A stretch of DNA of 32,000 nucleotides, from positions 630,001-662,000 of the forward strand of contig NC_004460.2 in the NCBI RefSeq assembly GCF_000039765.1. The letters are read 5' to 3'. Below, piece after piece: positions 18,034 through 27,350 of this stretch. Each line of letters opens with the position of its first letter. The first letter of the stretch is position 1. Origin of the DNA: Vibrio vulnificus CMCP6. GTDB taxonomy: Bacteria > Pseudomonadota > Gammaproteobacteria > Enterobacterales > Vibrionaceae. A program made the position numbers and the translations under genes. The notes below the pieces were generated by a model. It saw only the letters and a program-made list of their open reading frames with translations, searched no databases and was not told the origin of the DNA.

Positions 18034-19551
18034 TTACAGCTCGCGCGCCGCTTGACGATTTGCCAGCGATTCGTCGCGATCCAGCTCGCCTTTGTCGGAG
18101 AGTTCCATTTCCATCAAAGCGCGTTCATCGTCTAAGATGGCGCGTGCCATTTCGGCAGAGACTTGATTTGCTGGCGTCAGCAGGCTCACGACGACACCGG
18201 CAGTTAATGCCACCAAACACGATGGGATCACCGGGTTGCCCCAAAACGTGGTCAGGCTCGGACTCATCATCACCGTCACGGAAGCAGCAGACGCACCCGC
18301 CAGTGTTGCTAAGGCTCCTTGCCAGTTATAACGAGACCAAAAACGCCCCAACATACCGCAGACAAACATGCCAGACATGACTGTAGAAATCATTTTGGTG
18401 ATGTAGCTGATGATGTCGTTTGAGGTGAGAGCAAACAGCAAGGCGAAACCAATCACCACCACTAACGCCAGACGCGAGTAGTTGAGCATCGACTCTTTGT
18501 TTGGCACACGGCCTGTGAACATCACATACACATCACGCAGCAGGATGGACACGCCCGCAATCGCATCAGAACTGGCACTCGACATGGTGGCCGAAAGGCC
18601 AGCAATAAGCACAATCATCCCCACACCGACAGGCAACACCGTGGCAGCCACGTAAGGGAACGCATAGTTTGAGTTGGTCAACTCTGGGTTAATCGCATGC
18701 GCTGCCATACCGATAATGGCAGGGATAATTGAGAAGAACAGGTACAACACGCCCGAGCCAACAAACGAACGACGGATGGTTGAAACATCTTTGCCCGAGT
18801 AGATACGCTGACGGAACGACGGCGTTGCTAACACGCCCACACCAATCACGACAGACAATGAAATCGCCGGGATCAACCCGAGTTTGTCGATGGCCAAAAA
18901 GCTGACTGCCGCTGGGTCCATCGCGCTATAGAGATTATCTAGGCCCCCAATGTGCTGCACAGACAAGACCGCCATGAGAATGAAGCCAACAAACAAGATC
19001 ACGGCTTGAATGGTATCGGTCCATACCACGGCGGTATAACCGCCAATCACCACGTAAATAGTAAAGGCCGCCGCAATCACAATTTTCGCGGTGCTTAGTT
19101 CAATGTCGGCAATCCACGCAAGGTACATGCCACCGCCAAGAATGTGCGCGCCAAGCCAACCAATCGATGCAATGAAAATCAACAAGCCGACCACATTTTT
19201 GACGATGCGGTTCGCACCGACATAGTAGGCCAACTCCTCACTCATGGTCATAAAGTTGAGTTTACGAACAGGGGCAAACCACAAAGCGAGAAGAAGAATG
19301 CCCACGGCACCACCAATGCCATAGAGCGCTCCCGCCCAACCATTGGCATAACCAAAGCCTACCGCTCCCATACTGGAACCCGTTCCCACCATGGTGGCAA
19401 CTGTGGTGCCTAAGACGAGAAATAACGGTAAACCTCGACCACCTAATAAAAAATCTTCTCCTGATTTTTGATTACGTGAAACAAACCAGCCGAGCCAAAT
19501 AAGGAAAAGCACATATATTCCAAATCCGGTTAAAAAAAGTGTGCTATTCAT
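18034..19551 (-). CDS. Sodium:solute symporter family transporter
   Basis: 505 aa, about 13 TM segments; FLLGGRGLPLFLVLGTTVATMVGTGSSMGAVGFGYANGWAG typical of SSS. Confidence 0.9.
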   Translation of the reverse strand: MNSTLFLTGFGIYVLFLIWLGWFVSRNQKSGEDFLLGGRGLPLFLVLGTTVATMVGTGSSMGAVGFGYANGWAGALYGIGGAVGILLLALWFAPVRKLNFMTMSEELAYYVGANRIVKNVVGLLIFIASIGWLGAHILGGGMYLAWIADIELSTAKIVIAAAFTIYVVIGGYTAVVWTDTIQAVILFVGFILMAVLSVQHIGGLDNLYSAMDPAAVSFLAIDKLGLIPAISLSVVIGVGVLATPSFRQRIYSGKDVSTIRRSFVGSGVLYLFFSIIPAIIGMAAHAINPELTNSNYAFPYVAATVLPVGVGMIVLIAGLSATMSSASSDAIAGVSILLRDVYVMFTGRVPNKESMLNYSRLALVVVIGFALLFALTSNDIISYITKMISTVMSGMFVCGMLGRFWSRYNWQGALATLAGASAASVTVMMSPSLTTFWGNPVIPSCLVALTAGVVVSLLTPANQVSAEMARAILDDERALMEMELSDKGELDRDESLANRQAAREL

Positions 19552-19740
19552 TGAACACCTCTCAGGTAATTTAAGTCCATCTTTCAGATAAAATATCCCT
19601 GTCCTTCTACTTTGGCAGGCATGATTATTTTTATTTCAGGGAGTGAAGGTGCCGAATAAGAATAACAAGGAGAGTTCAAATTCGGCACCGTGTGAGTTTG
19701 TCTTTGTGACGATTAACTCAAATAAGTGCGTTGATATTTA

Positions 19741-20133
19741 TTAGCGACGGTCGGCTCGATAACACGTGACGTCGACTTCCACTTTGACATCCACCACAAG
19801 GTCACACACCATGCAAATACGCGCAGGTGGATGCTCGCCAAAAAACTCTTTAAACACTTTATTGAACGACTGGAAATAGCGTGCATCGGTCAACACAACC
19901 TTAACGTGTACTACATCTTCTAGCGTATAGCCCGCCTCGCTCATGATGTCGACACAGTTTTGAATTGCGAGGCGAGACTGATCAACAATGCCACCTTCAA
20001 CCACTTCACCATCAATCATCGGTGTTTGGCCAGAGACGTAAAGGAAACCACCCGCTTCGGTTGCTCGTGCAAAGGGTAAATGCTGACCACCTGTGCCCAC
20101 GCCGCCTTCTACGCCATATCGTTTAATTGACAT
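19741..20133 (-). CDS. RidA/YjgF family protein (paralog 2)
   Basis: 130 aa; GFLYVSGQTPMIDGEVVEGGI..., PPARICMVCDLVVDVKVEVDVTCYRA with the conserved Arg and Glu. Confidence 0.92.
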   Translation of the reverse strand: MSIKRYGVEGGVGTGGQHLPFARATEAGGFLYVSGQTPMIDGEVVEGGIVDQSRLAIQNCVDIMSEAGYTLEDVVHVKVVLTDARYFQSFNKVFKEFFGEHPPARICMVCDLVVDVKVEVDVTCYRADRR

Positions 20134-20208
20134 TATTTTTCTCCATTACTTTCTTACTTAATTTCATTAATTTAATATTTATCAAATAACTTTATTTGAA
20201 TTAAATCG

Positions 20209-21642
20209 TTATTTATTTCGATAAATAAAAACACCGTTTCTGTGTTTTGAAACCTGACCATTAAAATAAGCCAGTATTCCATTCACGAATACCCGTTCAA
20301 TACCTTGCGCTAACGAAATGGGATTTTCAAAAGTTGCGGTATCTTTCACTGTTCTCGGATTAAATAAAACCAAGTCAGCAAATGCACCTTGTTTTATAAC
20401 CCCTCGTTCACTGAGGTTATATCGTTTAGCAGACATTCCCGTCATTTTGTGAATCGCTTCTTGCAGGGAAAAGAGTTTTTCTTCTCGGCAATAATGCCCG
20501 AGCACTTTCGGGAAAGTGCCCCACAAGCGCGGGTGTGGATGAGGATCGTTCGGCAATCCATCCGAACCCACCATGGTTAAGCGGTATTTCAACACTCGCT
20601 TAACATCTTGTTCGTCCATGCAGTGATACACCGCTCCAGCAGGTTGTAGCGCTTTGGCTGCTTCCATGAGAGGTAAGCCCATCTCCTTAGCGATCTGCTT
20701 AAGCATCTTGCCGGCAAACTGTGGCTGGCTTTTCGACCAAGTAATAAAAATGTCGATCTCTTCTGTCACTTGAGTCAGATCTAAAGTGGAAGAGCTGGCC
20801 GAATAAGGGTAACAATCGCAAGAGACATCTTGATGTTGAGCGGCTTTTTCCATCAGATCCACCACTTCAACAGTGCGTCCCCAATTGCCCGCGCCCGCGC
20901 ATTTAAGATGGGAGATCACCACAGGTACCTTAGCAAACTGGCCCGTTTCAAAGGCTTCCGCCATCGCACTGAGTATCTCTTCAAATTCGGTACGCATGTG
21001 GGTGGTATAAATGCCCTCATACTCGCCGAGCACTTGTGCTAAGCGCATCACTTCATCGGCGGTCGCCTGCTTAGCACTGGCATAAGCCAAACCTGAACTT
21101 AGCCCCAGCGCCCCCTGCTCCATCGCTAAAGCGAGCGCTTGTCGCATCTGCTCGATTTCTTCATCGGATGCGGCGCGTAACAAATCATCCATAACATTGT
21201 TACGCAGTGTCGTATGGCCAACCAACGCCGCCACATTCACGGCAGGTTGCGCGCGTGTTACCGCTTCAGCGTAATGAGCAAAAGTCGGGTATTTAAAATC
21301 GGCTTGCTCGCCAAGCAAGTTCATCGGGTCAGGCGGATCACCCGCTAAAATCGTCGGGCTGGCACTAATACCACAATTACCCACAATCACGGTTGTCACC
21401 CCTTGGCTGACTTTAGCCAAACACTCTGGATAACGAATCACATTGGTATCGTCATGAGTATGAACATCGATAAATCCCGGTGCTAGCGCCAAGCCCTGGC
21501 CATCAATCACACAAGCCGCAGACGCATATTGACTATCACCAATTTGAGCAATTCGCTGCCCTTGAATGGCGACATCAGACACAAATGGCATCCCACCGGT
21601 GCCATCAAAAATTTCCACATTTCGAATTATGGTATCGAACAC
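20209..21642 (-). CDS. N-acyl-D-amino-acid deacylase / D-aminoacylase
   Basis: 477 aa; APGFIDVHTHDDTNVIRYPECLAKVSQGVTTVIVGNCGIS, GHTTLRNNVM, THMRTEF, VISHLKCAG, VGSDGLPNDPHPHPRLWGTFPKVLG. Confidence 0.94.
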   Translation of the reverse strand: MFDTIIRNVEIFDGTGGMPFVSDVAIQGQRIAQIGDSQYASAACVIDGQGLALAPGFIDVHTHDDTNVIRYPECLAKVSQGVTTVIVGNCGISASPTILAGDPPDPMNLLGEQADFKYPTFAHYAEAVTRAQPAVNVAALVGHTTLRNNVMDDLLRAASDEEIEQMRQALALAMEQGALGLSSGLAYASAKQATADEVMRLAQVLGEYEGIYTTHMRTEFEEILSAMAEAFETGQFAKVPVVISHLKCAGAGNWGRTVEVVDLMEKAAQHQDVSCDCYPYSASSSTLDLTQVTEEIDIFITWSKSQPQFAGKMLKQIAKEMGLPLMEAAKALQPAGAVYHCMDEQDVKRVLKYRLTMVGSDGLPNDPHPHPRLWGTFPKVLGHYCREEKLFSLQEAIHKMTGMSAKRYNLSERGVIKQGAFADLVLFNPRTVKDTATFENPISLAQGIERVFVNGILAYFNGQVSKHRNGVFIYRNK

Positions 21643-21824
21643 TCTACGTCTCTCTACTGCTCAACTCTTTAACCTGATGTCATAGTAAATCTTGCTAAAA
21701 ATTAATCAGTGACAAAACACACAAATAAACACGAAAAGTTTGATACTTTCTATCACAAGATCTATTTTAGAAACAAACAAACTCAAAATATCAATCACTT
21801 AAATCATGTTAGAAGTAGATAACC

Positions 21825-23090
21825 ATGAAAAAACCTTATGAAAATCATGATAGAAACTATCATAACTTTGTTGTTAAACGCCCCGCTGTTGGTGAAAAAA
21901 GCCAAGCAATTCAACCTCAAGCATGCAATTTATCGTTGGACGAAGTGAGCCTGCCGAGTGCGGTGATTCACGCGTCTGCACTCAACAATAACCTTAAGTG
22001 GATGCAACAGTTTGCCAATCACCACCACGTGAAACTGGCCCCACACGGCAAAACCTCCATGACGCCCGATTTCTTCCGCCAACAACTTGAACATGGCGCG
22101 TGGGGCATCACCGTTGCCACCGCGGCGCAGGCGGAAGTGGCTGCCATGGCTGGGGCGAAAAACATCATCATCGCGAATCAACTGGTGGGCAAAGCCAACA
22201 TGGCCATCATCAGTCAACTCATCGAAGATCCTGAGATTCACCTGTACTGCTGCGTGGATTCATCACGGAACATTCGCGCCCTTTCGCACTTTTTTGCCCA
22301 ACGCCAGCAAACACTTCATCTTTTCATTGAATTGGGAGTGAATGGCGGCCGTTGTGGTTGTCGAAGCGAAGCACAAGTGCTTTCACTCGCTAACGAAATC
22401 CACTCACTGCCTCATTTGGCGTTGGCAGGCATCGAGGTGTACGAAGGGGTGATTCATGGTGAAAATGCCGAGGAAGAGATTTGCCATTTCTTGCAGAATG
22501 CGATCTCTTTGGCTCGCAAGCTCAAAAGCACTCAATTGATCGCATCACAGCCAATCATCACTGGTGCGGGCTCAGCTTGGTATGACGTTGTGGCGGAGCA
22601 ATTTAGCGGCCTTACCGATCTCACCCCCGTCATTCGCCCTGGCTGCTACGCCATCCATGACACAGGAATTTACCAAACCGCACAGCAAAACGTGATGCAA
22701 AGAGCCCAACAAAATCAGGGCGTCGCGTGCGATCTTGGTGGGGATTTGCTCTCTGCGCTTGAGCTATGGGCACATGTTATTTCTCGCCCAGAACCAACGC
22801 GTCTTGTGGTGGGCATGGGTAAACGCGATGTGGCATTTGATGCTGGCCTGCCCACGTTAGAACGCGCGTTTCGCGACGGTCAGCCGTTGCCAATAGCTGC
22901 TGGCGTGACATCAATCGCGATCATGGATCAACACACGTTTGTCGAGATCCCGGCAGAGTGCGAACTCGATGTCGGCGATATTCTGGTTTTCTCCACCTCT
23001 CACCCTTGCCTCACCATCGACAAATGGCGCGCGTTGGCCATTCGCGATGAACACTATCAAGTGAGCCATTGGGTAGAAACCCGCTTCTGA
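21825..23090 (+). CDS. D-serine/D-threonine deaminase-like PLP enzyme (amino acid deaminase, alanine racemase N-terminal fold)
   Basis: 421 aa; LPSAVIHASALNNNLKWMQQFANHHHVKLAPHGKTSMTPDFF (PLP lysine), GVTSIAIMDQHTFVEIP, DILVFSTSHPCLTIDKW. Confidence 0.88.
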   Translation: MKKPYENHDRNYHNFVVKRPAVGEKSQAIQPQACNLSLDEVSLPSAVIHASALNNNLKWMQQFANHHHVKLAPHGKTSMTPDFFRQQLEHGAWGITVATAAQAEVAAMAGAKNIIIANQLVGKANMAIISQLIEDPEIHLYCCVDSSRNIRALSHFFAQRQQTLHLFIELGVNGGRCGCRSEAQVLSLANEIHSLPHLALAGIEVYEGVIHGENAEEEICHFLQNAISLARKLKSTQLIASQPIITGAGSAWYDVVAEQFSGLTDLTPVIRPGCYAIHDTGIYQTAQQNVMQRAQQNQGVACDLGGDLLSALELWAHVISRPEPTRLVVGMGKRDVAFDAGLPTLERAFRDGQPLPIAAGVTSIAIMDQHTFVEIPAECELDVGDILVFSTSHPCLTIDKWRALAIRDEHYQVSHWVETRF

Positions 23091-23186
23091 TGAATTTGTG
23101 CGATGTGAAAGCAGCAACTTAGAGCAAATTACGCTATTCTTGCGACCGCAGTTTTACTGCGGTCATTGGCAACGTAGGACAATCCC

Positions 23187-24050
23187 TTGAGTTTAGAAGT
23201 CGATATTATTTCTCAAATTACCGAACGTTTTAGCGCATTACGCGAGGCAGAAAAGAAAGTCGCCAAATTGGTGATGGATGACATTGAAACCGCCGCCAAT
23301 GCGAGTATTACTGAACTGGCCCAGAGCGCCGATGTCAGCGAGGCCACCATTACGCGCTTTGCCAAAGCGATTGGTTGTAAGAATGTGCGCGAAATGAAGA
23401 TCAAACTGGCGCAATCACTCACCGTGGGCCAACGATTTATTCTCGAACCGCCTGATCAAAGTGGCTATCAAGTGATTTACGAATCCATCAAACAATCACT
23501 CGATATCAACCGTGCTTTGATTAATGAACAAGATATTGATCAAGCCGTTGAGTGGCTCTATGGTGCAAGACAAATCATCAGTGTCGGCATGGGTGGTGGT
23601 TCCACCATTGCGTCTCAGGAACTGCAACATCGCCTGTTTCGTTTGGGCTTTGCCATTGTTGCCTACCACGATGGTTTGATGACACGCATGGTCGCCGCTA
23701 CCGCTGATGCTAATGACGTCATGGTGTTGATTTCAGCGACAGGCTACACCCCAGTGATCGTTGAGACGGCGCAACTGGCTCGCGATTACGGCCTGAAAAT
23801 CATTGCCATCACCCCAAAAGGCACTCCATTGGCTGAACAAGCAAACGTGGTTTTGCCGATAGAGCATCACGAAACGGATTTTATCTACAAGCCTTCCGCC
23901 TCACGTTACGCCATGCTGGCCCTTGTCGATGTACTTTCTATGGCGTTAGCGGTGAAAAACAAACGCCGCTCACGTGACAAACTGCGCCGCTTAAAAGTGG
24001 CATTAGACTCACATCGTGGCGGCGGGGATAGGCAGCCTTTGGGTGATTAG
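23187..24050 (+). CDS. MurR/RpiR-family transcriptional regulator (HTH plus SIS domain)
   Basis: 287 aa from a TTG start; SITELAQSADVSEATITRFAKAIGCKNVREMKIKLAQSL and SIS-domain GVGMG-like/LISATGYTPVIVETAQLARDYGLKIIAITP. Confidence 0.92.
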   Translation: MSLEVDIISQITERFSALREAEKKVAKLVMDDIETAANASITELAQSADVSEATITRFAKAIGCKNVREMKIKLAQSLTVGQRFILEPPDQSGYQVIYESIKQSLDINRALINEQDIDQAVEWLYGARQIISVGMGGGSTIASQELQHRLFRLGFAIVAYHDGLMTRMVAATADANDVMVLISATGYTPVIVETAQLARDYGLKIIAITPKGTPLAEQANVVLPIEHHETDFIYKPSASRYAMLALVDVLSMALAVKNKRRSRDKLRRLKVALDSHRGGGDRQPLGD

Positions 24051-24068
24051 GCACAGCCAGTAAATCAG

Positions 24069-24099
24069 ATAGAGCGACATTCGGTGTCGCTCTATTTAT
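24069..24099 (+). terminator. Rho-independent terminator after the RpiR gene
   Basis: ATAGAGCGACA-TTCGG-TGTCGCTCTAT followed by TTAT. Confidence 0.75.
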
Positions 24100-24295
24100 A
24101 TTCCTCCTGCGAGCTTAATCCCGTTTCTCACCTTAAAAATCACATTAATTCAAACCCTTACTATACTCATGAGGGCAAATGCATTTAATTCATCACTTGA
24201 TGAATATTTGCAGAATTAAGTTGCTAGAGCAGCAACCACACCCAGCGTTACACTGTTGATTGATTAACCACTACCGTTACTGTTAGGACGATCGC

Positions 24296-25246
24296 ATGCG
24301 AAACCGACTGATCTGCGTATGGGCTCTACTTGCCCTCACCGCTTGTACGACCGAATCCACGCCTCAAGCACTTGGTACACTTGAGCGTGACCGCGTCACC
24401 TTTACCACCACCGCCAATGAGATCATTCGAGAGCTTCCCGTCAAGGAAGGTCAGATGGTTTCGCAAGGCGATGTGCTGGTTAAGCTCGATAGCAAAAATC
24501 AACAAGCCGTCTTAGCCCGCGCCCTCGCTGAACAAAGCAAAGCGCAAGCCTATCTACTCAAACTCACTAACGGTGAACGACCAGAGGACATTGCTTCAGC
24601 ACAAGCTCGCGTTGCCCGCGCCGAAGCGCAGTTAATCGAAGCGCAGAAAACCTTCAAACGTAAATCGGAACTGGTGGCGAAAAAGCTCATCAGTCAGTCA
24701 GAAAAAGACACCGCTCTCGCACAGCGAGATTCGGCAAGAGCGGAACTGGATTCCGCCAATGAGGAGTTCAGCAAGCTGACCGCTGGCTCACGTCCAGAAG
24801 ACATCGAACAGGCCAAGGCACAACTGGCCGCCACTCAAGCCGATGTGGTCTTACAGCAGCAGAAACTCGACGAACTCACCATCGTCGCGACCCGAGATGG
24901 CATTCTCGACAATCTGCCCTATAACCTAGGGGAGCGCGTGCCTGTCAGTGGCATTGTGGCGGTCATTCAAGCCAATCGCATTCCTTATGCGCGCGTCTAT
25001 GTGCCTGCCACTTATCGAGTGAACTTCGTGCCCGGCAAACAAGTGACGGTCCATGTCGATGGCGTGAGCGATCCTCAGCAAGGCACGGTGCGTTGGGTGG
25101 CGAACGAAGCCTCTTTCACACCCTATTACGCCCTCACCGAGGAAGAGCGTTCACGCTTGATGTATTTAGCGGAAGTGGATCTTACTGAAGCTGCGCGCGC
25201 CCTCCCTTCCGGCGTGCCAGCACAGGTTGATCTCAACGGAGAGTAA
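24296..25246 (+). CDS. HlyD-family periplasmic adaptor lipoprotein
   Basis: 316 aa, lipobox LLALTAC, VKEGQMVSQGDVLVKLDSKNQQAVLARA, LPYNLGERVPVSGIVAVIQ. Confidence 0.88.
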   Translation: MRNRLICVWALLALTACTTESTPQALGTLERDRVTFTTTANEIIRELPVKEGQMVSQGDVLVKLDSKNQQAVLARALAEQSKAQAYLLKLTNGERPEDIASAQARVARAEAQLIEAQKTFKRKSELVAKKLISQSEKDTALAQRDSARAELDSANEEFSKLTAGSRPEDIEQAKAQLAATQADVVLQQQKLDELTIVATRDGILDNLPYNLGERVPVSGIVAVIQANRIPYARVYVPATYRVNFVPGKQVTVHVDGVSDPQQGTVRWVANEASFTPYYALTEEERSRLMYLAEVDLTEAARALPSGVPAQVDLNGE

Positions 25247-25249
25247 GCC

Positions 25250-26176
25250 ATGGTTGAATACGCAATTCAGGCGCAAAACGTGGTGAAAAAATTTGGCGAT
25301 TTCACTGCCATCGACAACATCACGCTGAACGTGCCGAAAGGCAGCATCTACGGCTTTCTTGGCCCAAATGGTTGTGGAAAATCGACCACCATCCGTGTTC
25401 TCACCGGGCTACTCAGCCCGAGCGAAGGCAACGTTGATGTGCTCGGTTTGGAGATTCCCAAGGAATCAGAAAAACTCCGCTTGAAGATCGGCTACATGAC
25501 GCAAAAGTTCTCTCTTTATGATGACCTCACTGTGGAAGAAAACTTGCAGTTCATTGGCCAGATTTTTGGTATGGACAAGAAAACCCTAACTCAGCGGATC
25601 AATGAGCAGCTCGCCACTTATGGCTTGGATCAACGCCGCAAGCAACGGGTTTCAGGCATGAGTGGCGGCCAAAAGCAGCGCCTTTCTTTGGCCGCAGCGA
25701 CCATGCATAAACCCGAGCTGCTGTTTCTTGACGAGCCCACCTCGGCGGTTGACCCCGAAAACCGCCGCGAGTTCTGGGAGCAGTTGTTCGATCTTTGTGA
25801 CCAAGGCACCACCATCTTGGTGACCACACACTATATGGATGAAGCGGAACGCTGCCACCGACTTGCCATTATGGAAGCAGGTTTGATTCGCGCAGATGGA
25901 GCCCCTGAAGAGCTCATGGCGCAAATGGGCGTTAACATTGTTGAGGTCAAAGCGGACAACTTACGTTCGTTAAAAGAGCAGTTATTGCCTTTGGCAGAAG
26001 TGCGTTCTGCAGCGCAATTAGGCATTCGCTTACGCGTCTTGATCGATCAACGCGTGGCAGACCCAATAGCGTGGCTAAGAGCCACGTTTCCTCGTTTACA
26101 AAACGCGGAAATGAATCTTGCCAGACCAAGTTTGGAAGATGTGTTTGTGTCCGTAACAGGAGAAGGCCGCCAATGA
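25250..26176 (+). CDS. ABC transporter ATP-binding protein
   Basis: 308 aa; GPNGCGKSTT Walker A, MSGGQKQRLSLAAA, LLFLDEPTSAVD Walker B. Confidence 0.95.
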   Translation: MVEYAIQAQNVVKKFGDFTAIDNITLNVPKGSIYGFLGPNGCGKSTTIRVLTGLLSPSEGNVDVLGLEIPKESEKLRLKIGYMTQKFSLYDDLTVEENLQFIGQIFGMDKKTLTQRINEQLATYGLDQRRKQRVSGMSGGQKQRLSLAAATMHKPELLFLDEPTSAVDPENRREFWEQLFDLCDQGTTILVTTHYMDEAERCHRLAIMEAGLIRADGAPEELMAQMGVNIVEVKADNLRSLKEQLLPLAEVRSAAQLGIRLRVLIDQRVADPIAWLRATFPRLQNAEMNLARPSLEDVFVSVTGEGRQ

Positions 26177-27270
26177 ATGCGCTCTATCGAATGAAAGCGA
26201 TTATGGTCAAAGAATTTCGCCAACTCTCGCGCGATCGTATTACCTTTGGAATGGTGGTGATGATTCCCCTGATCCAACTGCTATTGTTTGGCTATGCGAT
26301 TAATACCGACATTCGCGACATTCCTGTCGCGGTGGTGGATCAAAGCGAAAGTACTGCAGGGCGTATTCTTACCGAGTCGGTCAAAGTCACGCAAGTGGTC
26401 AGTGTGACTCAACGCTACGCCACCGCAGAAGAAGCCGAGCAAGCGATTCAAGATGGCATCGTACGTGCGGCGTTGATTTTGCCGAATGATTTAACGCAAC
26501 GCATGGCGCAAGGCCGACCGTTAGGTCAATGGATTGTCGATGGTTCAGATACCATGATCAGCGCGGCGATTCTTGGCTTACAAACGATGCCGCTGACAGA
26601 TTTTGATTTTCAGATCCGCCCGAAACTAACACAAACCTTTGAAGTGGCGCTCTACTACAACCCAAGCCGTCGCTCAGCAGTAAACATTGTTCCCGGGCTA
26701 CTTGGGGTCATTCTCACCATGACGATGATTTTGTTCACCAGCGCCGCCATTGTGCGTGAGCGAGAACGCGGAAACTTGGAACTGCTGATCACAACGCCGG
26801 TGCGTTCGTTTGAACTGATGGTGGCAAAGATCGTCCCTTACATATTTGTCGGTTTGATTCAGGTGTTCATCATCTTAGGGCTTGGACACGTTATTTTTGG
26901 CGTTCCTATCAATGGTTCCGTTGCGCAAATATTGTTGGGTACCTTGTTGTTTATTGCCGCGAGTCTTACCTTGGGGCTGGTGATTTCCACCATCGCCAAC
27001 ACACAGTTGCAAGCCATGCAAATGACGGTTTTCATCTTGCTGCCTTCCATCCTACTTTCGGGTTTCATGTTCCCCTACGAGGGCATGCCCGTGGCGGCCC
27101 AATGGATTGCAGAAGTGCTCCCCGCCACTCACTTCATGCGGATGATTCGCGGCATTGTCTTGCGAGGCGCTGATTTGTTCGACCTGTGGCGTGACACTTT
27201 ATGGATGATTGGCTTTACCCTGCTTGGGCTGATCATTGCCTCGACACGCTTCAAGAAATCGTTGGATTAA
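26173..27270 (+). CDS. ABC-2 type permease
   Basis: MNALYRMKAIMVKEFRQLSRDRITFGMVVMIPLIQLLLFGYAI... 365 aa from ATG at 26173, overlapping the ATPase stop by 4 nt (ATGA). The track start at 26071 is too early. Confidence 0.92.
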   Translation: MNALYRMKAIMVKEFRQLSRDRITFGMVVMIPLIQLLLFGYAINTDIRDIPVAVVDQSESTAGRILTESVKVTQVVSVTQRYATAEEAEQAIQDGIVRAALILPNDLTQRMAQGRPLGQWIVDGSDTMISAAILGLQTMPLTDFDFQIRPKLTQTFEVALYYNPSRRSAVNIVPGLLGVILTMTMILFTSAAIVRERERGNLELLITTPVRSFELMVAKIVPYIFVGLIQVFIILGLGHVIFGVPINGSVAQILLGTLLFIAASLTLGLVISTIANTQLQAMQMTVFILLPSILLSGFMFPYEGMPVAAQWIAEVLPATHFMRMIRGIVLRGADLFDLWRDTLWMIGFTLLGLIIASTRFKKSLD

Positions 27271-27350
27271 TACGCGACATGGTGTTCAATTGTCACGAGG
27301 GGCGCTCGTTCCCCTCGTTCTAACGACCGCGACCAACAACAAGGATTACC

